The position numbers and the translations under genes were made by a program. A DNA stretch of 64,000 bases, taken from the NCBI GenBank assembly GCA_036676495.1, contig JAKFCT010000080.1, positions 32,001-96,000 on the forward strand, in the 5' to 3' direction. The DNA is from Candidatus Sericytochromatia bacterium (GTDB lineage Bacteria; Cyanobacteriota; Sericytochromatia; S15B-MN24; UBA4093). Positions 58,061 to 64,000 of this stretch are shown one piece after another. The notes beneath the pieces were generated by a model that did not search any database, was not told the origin of the DNA, and saw only the letters and a list, made by a program, of their open reading frames with translations. The stretch's first letter is position 1; the number at the start of each line of letters is the position of its first letter.

Positions 58061-59541
58061 GACTCGCTTCCTTTCTTGGCTAACACGGTTTGGAGCTCCA
58101 GACCGAGGGCCTGAGTCACCCGCAATTCCGCGGCTTGGACATCATACTGAGCCTGCACCAGATTGCTTTGCGCCTGGGCAAGGGAGGTTTGGGCATCGAT
58201 CACTTCGAGACCGGTGCCCACTCCGGCCTGAAACCGGACCTGGGCGAGACGGTAGCCTTCGGCGGCGGCGGCGACCCCTTGCTGGGCGATCGCCACCCGA
58301 TCGACGGCCTCGGATCGCGCGGAGAGGGCGTTCTGGATGTCCAGCGCCACCTGCCGACGCACCGATTCCAGCTGCTGGCGATCCTTGGCGACTTCCGCCT
58401 CGGCCTGCGCGATCTTGGCCTGGGTCTGGTTGCCGTTGAGCAAGGTCCAGCTCATCGAGGCGCCCAGCAGGTAATAGCTGGACCCGCCGGGCTGGTACGA
58501 GTACTGCCCGATCCCCGCCACCGTGGGCAGGTAGGCCCGGCTCTGGAGGGTCACGTTGGTCTCGTCCATCTCCTGCTTGAGGCCCACCTGCTGGACTTCC
58601 AGGCGGCTGGCGATCGCCGTTTCATACGTCGCGGCGCTCACCTGAGCTCTTGGCAACGCCACGTTCCGCTCCAGCGGGACGTTCATGGCGGAGGTGCCCA
58701 GGGCCGTGCCCAGGGCGAGGCGCGCGAGCTCGACGCCGTTCTGGGCGCGCGAGAACTGGCCTTGCGTGTTGGCAAGCTGGGTCTGCGCCTGCAGGACCTC
58801 GAAACGGGTTCCGACGCCGCTGCGCTCCCGGATCTGCGCCTGCTCGACATGGGCGCGGGCCTGCTCCAGCGCCGCGCGCGAGACGTCCAGCAGGCTTTCG
58901 GCCCTGAGGACTCCGACGTAGGCGTTGGCGGCCTCGAACTGCGCCCGCCGGCGGGCGTTGACGATCTCGATGCGGGCCAGATCCAGGCTGACGTCGGCCA
59001 TCTGGAGGCCGTCGCGGGTCCGGAAGGCATCGAACAAGACCTGGTTGGCGCTCAGCTGGACCTGGGCCATGGTGCTGCCACCCCCGCCGAGGCCGCCCAG
59101 CCCGCCGAGGCCTCCCAGGCCACCGAGCCCGCCGAGGCCGCCCAGGCTGCTCATGCCGCCGAGGCCTCCCATGCTCAGCATGTTGGCGCTGCCGCCGCTG
59201 CCGAGCATCTGGAAGCTGAAAGCGCTGGTGCTGAGGCTGAGCTGGGGGAAGGCTCCGCCCGTGAGCTCTCCGATGCGGGCTTCCGCCCCTTGCAGGCCGG
59301 CTTCCGCGGAGCGGACGGAGGGAGCGTTGATCTCGGCGATCCGGATGGCGTCGGCGAGGCTCATGCGCTCCTGGGCCAGCGCCGCGTCTCCCAGGGAGAG
59401 GACGCCGAGCGGGCTCAAACACAGAGCATCTAACAAAACCAGGCATGTTACGACCAGTGGCCGCCGACGGCGGCTCGAAGGAACAGTTTTGTCAGACGCT
59501 CTGAGGGCCGTGAGGCCCGAGAGGAGGATCCGTCGGGTCAT
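58057..59541 (-). CDS. TolC-family outer membrane channel with a Gly-rich loop and an interrupted signal peptide
   Basis: Two OEP repeats (G.GT..EV..AQ), P.L/V motifs; overlaps both neighbours. Confidence 0.92.
   Translation of the reverse strand: MTRRILLSGLTALRASDKTVPSSRRRRPLVVTCLVLLDALCLSPLGVLSLGDAALAQERMSLADAIRIAEINAPSVRSAEAGLQGAEARIGELTGGAFPQLSLSTSAFSFQMLGSGGSANMLSMGGLGGMSSLGGLGGLGGLGGLGGLGGLGGGGSTMAQVQLSANQVLFDAFRTRDGLQMADVSLDLARIEIVNARRRAQFEAANAYVGVLRAESLLDVSRAALEQARAHVEQAQIRERSGVGTRFEVLQAQTQLANTQGQFSRAQNGVELARLALGTALGTSAMNVPLERNVALPRAQVSAATYETAIASRLEVQQVGLKQEMDETNVTLQSRAYLPTVAGIGQYSYQPGGSSYYLLGASMSWTLLNGNQTQAKIAQAEAEVAKDRQQLESVRRQVALDIQNALSARSEAVDRVAIAQQGVAAAAEGYRLAQVRFQAGVGTGLEVIDAQTSLAQAQSNLVQAQYDVQAAELRVTQALGLELQTVLAKKGSES
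59082..59173 (-). repeat. Degenerate 9-bp repeats encoding (GGL)n
   Basis: MGGLGGMSSLGGLGGLGGLGGLGGLGGLGGG with mixed codons. Confidence 0.85.
59422..59503. mobile_element. MITE-like element inserted in frame in the tolC signal peptide
   Basis: 18-bp inverted repeats, 16/18 matching: CAGAGCATCTAACAAAAC and GTTTTGTCAGACGCTCTG. Removing 81 bp restores a typical signal peptide. No clear target-site duplication. Confidence 0.65.
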
Positions 59542-60566
59542 TTACCTTCCTCCGTGCGCTCGGGACGGTACGTGACGCCGAGGCCCCAGATGTCCGAGGT
59601 CTCCTGGAAGCCGCCGTTGCTCCAGCGCTGGGTGGCGTAGCTCAGCTCCGCCCGGACCACGGGGGTCACGCGGAAGCCGATTCCCGCCTTCAGATCGACG
59701 CGCTGGGGCGAGCCGACGCCGTAGGGCGCGTTCTGGAGGGTGGTGGTGGTCCAGGGGTACCATGCGCCCTCGCCCAGCAGCTCGAACCGGCCCAGGGAGA
59801 CGATCCCAGGGATGACGAGGCCGACGCCCCGGCGGGTGTGGGTGAAGTCGAGGACGGTCCCGGAGTAGGGGACGCCGGAGTTGCCGGCCGTGACGTTCTG
59901 CTGGAAGACCGAGAGGCTGGGTGCGATCTCCATGATCGGGTTGCTGAAGACGAGGCCGCCGCGCAGCTTCACGTCGGTCACCTCGGGGGTGGCGACCGAG
60001 GAGGAGGTCGTCGTGTTGGGCAGCGTCATCGGAACCTTGTAGCGGGAGGCTTCGAGGCCGATCAGGGCGTTGCCGGCGCGAAGCTGGCCATGGCCGAAGA
60101 GCGCATTGTCGATCCAGCCCTCGACGGCCTGGCTGCCCTGGCTCAGGCGCAGGTTCTGCAGCTGATAGGCGATGCCCACCTGGGTGTCCATGAGCGGGAT
60201 CCGGGGGGTGACGCGCTCGGGCACGACCGGGGTGTAGGTCGGCTGATAGGTGGGGATCAGCTCGAGCTGGACGGGGCGGTTGAGGGCGTCGACGGGGACG
60301 ATCTTGGACTGGTAGCCGACCGCGCTGAGCTCGACGGCGCGCCGGCCGTTGGCATCCAGCACGATCGTGAAGCGGCCCTGCTCATCGGTGAAGGCCGTGG
60401 CGAGCGAACCCTGCTGCTGGACGAAGACCTGCGAGAGGGGCTGGCCCTTCTCGCCGACGACGCGGCCGGCGGTCCGGGTCTGGGCGTCCGCGGGAGCCTG
60501 GAGCAGGATCGGGCTTGCGAGGGCCGACAGGAGGAGGGCGGCGGGGATGAAGCGATTTCCGTGCAT
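59538..60566 (-). CDS. CarboxypepD_reg-like domain + outer-membrane beta-barrel
   Basis: Signal peptide ending ADA; GRVVGEKGQPL...TDEQGRF...SAVGY; amphipathic strands ending LGVTYR. Confidence 0.75.
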   Translation of the reverse strand: MHGNRFIPAALLLSALASPILLQAPADAQTRTAGRVVGEKGQPLSQVFVQQQGSLATAFTDEQGRFTIVLDANGRRAVELSAVGYQSKIVPVDALNRPVQLELIPTYQPTYTPVVPERVTPRIPLMDTQVGIAYQLQNLRLSQGSQAVEGWIDNALFGHGQLRAGNALIGLEASRYKVPMTLPNTTTSSSVATPEVTDVKLRGGLVFSNPIMEIAPSLSVFQQNVTAGNSGVPYSGTVLDFTHTRRGVGLVIPGIVSLGRFELLGEGAWYPWTTTTLQNAPYGVGSPQRVDLKAGIGFRVTPVVRAELSYATQRWSNGGFQETSDIWGLGVTYRPERTEEGK

Positions 60567-60592
60567 GCGTGTTTGTCCTTACTGCGTCCGCG

Positions 60593-60994
60593 CTAGGGGG
60601 CCGACGTGATAGCGACCTTGACCACCTGGCTCTTGGAGCGGTCGAGGATGAAGACGAAATTCTGCGTGCCATTCAGATCCGGATCCAGGCCCATGCCCTG
60701 GGGCACGGGGGCGGTGACGCCTTCGGCGGGAGCCGTGACCTTGGTCATGGGGACGGGGTTGCTGCCGAGGAGGATCTTCAGGCTGGAGGCCTGCTTCATC
60801 TCGTCCGTCAGGGTGGCCTGCGGGAAGAACAGGGTCATGGCCCCCGTCGGGGCGACGGTCAGCGTCGCGGGGACGGTGGAGATCTTGCTTTCCGTGGCCG
60901 GGTTGGCGATCAGCGAGGCCTGGGAGTCGCAGCCTGCCAGGAGCCCTGTAGAGACGAGGGCACCCGCGAGGAGGAGCGGTGCAATGCGTTTCAT
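60593..60994 (-). CDS. Small lipoprotein (133 aa)
   Basis: MKRIAPLLLAGALVSTGLLAGC; ATG overlaps the MerR stop. The ORF track extends it upstream to 61750. Confidence 0.8.
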   Translation of the reverse strand: MKRIAPLLLAGALVSTGLLAGCDSQASLIANPATESKISTVPATLTVAPTGAMTLFFPQATLTDEMKQASSLKILLGSNPVPMTKVTAPAEGVTAPVPQGMGLDPDLNGTQNFVFILDRSKSQVVKVAITSAP

Positions 60995-61803
60995 GATTTC
61001 TTCGCTTTCTGGGTGTTCTTGGCTACTGCCGTTTGGAACTCGTGTTCCCGCGTGAGGCGTTCCCCCACGGCGAGATAGGCTTGATGGTAGATGATGCGCA
61101 TCAGCTCCTGGCCCAGCTCGTTGAGGACCTTGACCTTGGAGGCTTGCTGCTGGGGCGGGATCTGGGTGTAAAGCTTGTCGAAGTAGTAGCGGTACTGCAA
61201 TTCGACCAGTTGGTTGGTCAACTCGCAGGCTTCGCGGAAATCCTCGGGGGCGATCCCGTAGGGGGAGAGCTCCTGGAAAATTTCGGCGACCCGGAGGCCG
61301 TCCTCGTCGAAGCGGGGTTCGCCGCGCTGCGGCTCGCCGCTTTGCGGATCGCCGCCGTGCGACGCTTCGATGCAGGGGGGCGCGGGAGGGACGTGGACCG
61401 GGCGGAGGGCGCCGGCTTCCTGGAGGGCCGTCAGGGTCTGGGGGGAGAGGCCGGTCCGGGCGGCGAGCTCGTCCTGGGTCAGGGGCTCGAAGGTGGGGTC
61501 GTAGCGCAGCGGGCGGTAGAAGCTCTCGTTGAACTCGGCGATCGCCGCCAGCTCCTCGGTGGAGTGGACCGACTGGCAGAGCTTGCGAATCTTCTCCAGC
61601 GGCATGTAGCGCTGGGTCTGAAGCTGCTTGATGATCCGGATGCGGCTCAGGTCGTCCTCGGTGAAGACGCGATGTCCGCCGGGCGTTCGGCGCGAGGAAA
61701 TCAGCCCCATCTTCTCCCAGAAGCGCAGGGTGGATTCCGTCACGTCGCAATCCGGATGGAGGAGGCGCACGACTTCGCCGATGGAGTACGTAATCTCAGC
61801 CAT
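60991..61803 (-). CDS. MerR-family regulator with a second HTH-like segment (FtsR/Rv1828-like architecture)
   Basis: YSIGEV...TLRFWEKMGLI..RRTPGGHRVF...RYMPLEKIR; second segment LTQDELAARTGLS...LQEAGAL. Confidence 0.87.
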   Translation of the reverse strand: MAEITYSIGEVVRLLHPDCDVTESTLRFWEKMGLISSRRTPGGHRVFTEDDLSRIRIIKQLQTQRYMPLEKIRKLCQSVHSTEELAAIAEFNESFYRPLRYDPTFEPLTQDELAARTGLSPQTLTALQEAGALRPVHVPPAPPCIEASHGGDPQSGEPQRGEPRFDEDGLRVAEIFQELSPYGIAPEDFREACELTNQLVELQYRYYFDKLYTQIPPQQQASKVKVLNELGQELMRIIYHQAYLAVGERLTREHEFQTAVAKNTQKAKKS

Positions 61804-61807
61804 GGAA

Positions 61808-61868
61808 CCTAAAGTTGAAGTGGAAGTTCAGACTCATTAACGCTAGCACCGGGGGGCAAGAGCGTCAA
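61808..61868 (-). promoter_or_regulatory. Sigma70 promoter and candidate operator of the MerR-RND operon
   Basis: Minus strand TTGACG (61868-61863)-N17-TAGCGT (61845-61840); downstream AAGTTG-AAGTGG-AAGTTC repeats inside the imperfect inverted repeat CTAAAGTT..AAGTTCAG. Confidence 0.6.
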
Positions 61869-62048
61869 GCTCCCGAACCTGTCAGCATGCGGGGAGAGGG
61901 CGATCCGGAGTCCCGGGTCGGGGCGTCCGTCGCTTCAGCTTAGTTCGGGATTGTTTCGGTAGTTTTTCGGTAGCTTCCGCGGCGCGAAATCCGGCTCAAA
62001 CGACGCGCGCCCCCCGTGACGCATCACGGAGGGCCAGGCGGGGCCGGA

Positions 62049-63266
62049 TCAGGGCGTGGAGTCGGGGCCGGGGGTCTGGAGCGTGCCCGTCCGTCGTTTC
62101 GGGGCCGTCACCACCATGAGGACCACGCCGACGCCGGTGAAGAGCGCCAGGGCCGAGACGTAGAAGGGAAGGGAGACCTGCAGGGCGTAGAGGACGCCGG
62201 CGAGCATCGGTCCCAGCACGCGCGCCAGGCTGTCGAAGGAGCTCATCATCCCGAGCGCCGCCCCTTGGGCCGAACCGGCCCCCTTGGAGATGCCGCTGGA
62301 GATGGCGGGGCGCAGGACGCCGTGGGCGATGCCCATGATGGCGAGGATGCAGGCGAAGGCGAAGGCCGATGCGCTGGTCGCGCTGATCGAGAGCATGGTG
62401 AGGGCCATGAGCCCCAGGCCGAGGGCGAGGACCAGCCGTTCTCCCGACTGGGTGATCAGGCGTCCGACCAGGCCACCCTGGACGAGCGCCGAGACCAGCC
62501 CCATGACGGCCAGCAGCATGCCGACCGTGCGGGCGCTCGCCTGGGGATCGAGAAAGAGGCGATCCTGCACGAAGAGCGCGAAGACCGTCTCGAAGCCGGC
62601 GAAGGCGAAGGTGGAGAGGAAGGTGACGGTCAGCAGGCCCCAGGCGGCCTTCGGGGTTTCCCGGAGGTTCTGGAAGAAGCCGGCGCGGGCCGGAGCGGGG
62701 GCGTCGGAGTCGCGGCGGGGCAGCGACTCGGGAAGCATCACGAAGGCGAGGAGCGCCGCCAGGAGGGCGATGCCGGAAGCCGCGAAGAAGGGGACGGAGA
62801 GGCCGTAGTGGCCGAGCCACCCGCCAATCGCCGGCCCGAAGACCATGCCGAGTCCCATGGCGGCTCCGACCACGCCCATGCCCTTGGCCCGGTTCTCCTC
62901 GGTGGTCAGGTCGGAGACGGTCGCGAAGGCCGCCGGCAGGGCCGCCGCCGACAGCAGGCCGCCCAGCGCGCGGGACGCCATCAGGCCGACGAGGCTATTC
63001 GAGAGGCCGAACCAGAGGAAGGAGATGGCGAAGCCGAGCAGTCCGAGGATCAGGAACGGCTTGCGGCCGTAGCGATCCGAGAGCCGCCCCCAGAATGGAG
63101 CAATCAGGAACTGCGCGAGCGAGTAGGAGGCCATCATGGCCCCGATGAAGACGGCATCGCCATGAAGGGTGCGGGCGTAGTAGGGCATGGCGGGGATGAC
63201 CACGCCGAAGCCCATCATCACCGTGAAGATCGCGATGAAGAGGACGAAGAGCGGCTTACGTGACAC
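62049..63266 (-). CDS. MFS drug:H+ antiporter (DHA1/TetA-like)
   Basis: Motif A GRLSDRYGRKP, GMVFGPAIGG; about 12 TM. Confidence 0.93.
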   Translation of the reverse strand: MSRKPLFVLFIAIFTVMMGFGVVIPAMPYYARTLHGDAVFIGAMMASYSLAQFLIAPFWGRLSDRYGRKPFLILGLLGFAISFLWFGLSNSLVGLMASRALGGLLSAAALPAAFATVSDLTTEENRAKGMGVVGAAMGLGMVFGPAIGGWLGHYGLSVPFFAASGIALLAALLAFVMLPESLPRRDSDAPAPARAGFFQNLRETPKAAWGLLTVTFLSTFAFAGFETVFALFVQDRLFLDPQASARTVGMLLAVMGLVSALVQGGLVGRLITQSGERLVLALGLGLMALTMLSISATSASAFAFACILAIMGIAHGVLRPAISSGISKGAGSAQGAALGMMSSFDSLARVLGPMLAGVLYALQVSLPFYVSALALFTGVGVVLMVVTAPKRRTGTLQTPGPDSTP

Positions 63267-63488
63267 GGAAACTCCTGATGCATGGAGCCGCAGGCGCCAG
63301 GGGGCTGCGGGGGCTGGAAAAAAGGCGTCCTCACCCTAACAAAGATCCGGGGGGGCGTCAAATCCGGGCGTGGCTTCCGGCGCGCGCCCGGAGGCCCGGA
63401 TCGGCGAAAGCGATCGGGTCGGGGGGCCGAATTGGGGTGCTCGAATTCGCTGGGGGTGCTAAGATGGAAGAAGTAGAGTGGAGGCCCC

Positions 63489-63998
63489 GTGTCCAAGGTC
63501 AAGCATCAGGTTTCATCCGGTGGAGTCATCTTCCGCCAGCACAACGGCAAAGTCGAGATCGGTCTCATCGCCCTGCGGGGGGGACGCATCTGGGCCCTGC
63601 CCAAAGGCCGTCTCGAGGAGGGGGAAACCCTCGAGCAGGCGGCTTGCCGCGAAGTCATGGAAGAGACCGGCCTGATCGGCGAGGTGCTTCAGCGGATCGG
63701 CGAGATTTCCTACTGGTTCTACGCCAAGGAAGAAGGCGTCAAGATCCACAAGACCGTCCACTTCTACCTGATTCGCCACCTCCGGGGCGAAACCTCCAAC
63801 GATTCCTGGGAGGTGGACGAGGCCCGCTGGTGGCCGCTGGACGAGGCCCTCAAGGTCCTTACCTACAAGTCCGAGCGTGAAACCGTCGAGCGTGGCGCCG
63901 AGATGATTCGCGCGCTCGGGGAGATGCCCCCCGGGGCGTTGCCTCCTGAGGCCGCGCCTCCGGCCATGCCGCCGGCCAAGCCGGAAGCCTCCTTCTAG
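63489..63998 (+). CDS. NUDIX hydrolase (Ap4A hydrolase-like)
   Basis: SSGGV, WALPKG, GETLEQAACREVMEETG. Confidence 0.92.
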   Translation: MSKVKHQVSSGGVIFRQHNGKVEIGLIALRGGRIWALPKGRLEEGETLEQAACREVMEETGLIGEVLQRIGEISYWFYAKEEGVKIHKTVHFYLIRHLRGETSNDSWEVDEARWWPLDEALKVLTYKSERETVERGAEMIRALGEMPPGALPPEAAPPAMPPAKPEASF

Positions 63999-64000
63999 AG

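Overview
GC-rich, gene-dense chromosomal window from a diderm bacterium, with about 56 supportable CDS. I found no rRNA, tRNA, CRISPR array, transposase, integrase or phage genes. The plant/cyanobacterial-type FNR and the style of the kinases and lipoproteins suggest a non-photosynthetic relative of Cyanobacteria such as Sericytochromatia; this is inference only. Main blocks: (1) clade II nitrous-oxide reductase cluster nosZ-B-D-F-L-Y; (2) pirin/HxlR locus; (3) CbrA/CrbS-like SLC5-STAC sensor kinase with a small membrane partner, beside a MetX-fold hydrolase/permease/3-hydroxybutyrate dehydrogenase operon and aceBA; (4) envelope enzymes and a four-gene operon of three lipoproteins plus a beta-barrel; (5) housekeeping genes (rlmI, mnmG, iscS, ygfZ, squalene synthase-like, FNR, pseudouridine synthase); (6) a c-di-GMP/phosphorelay cluster; (7) a MerR-lipoprotein-beta-barrel-TolC-MFP-RND operon. 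Signals the ORF track does not explain: an unassigned ~315-nt structured, low-GC minus-strand RNA candidate with its own terminator (39752-40070); the lipoprotein/barrel operon that could build a lipoprotein-type pilus (26476-31384); and an 81-bp inverted-repeat element inserted in frame in the TolC signal peptide (59422-59503).
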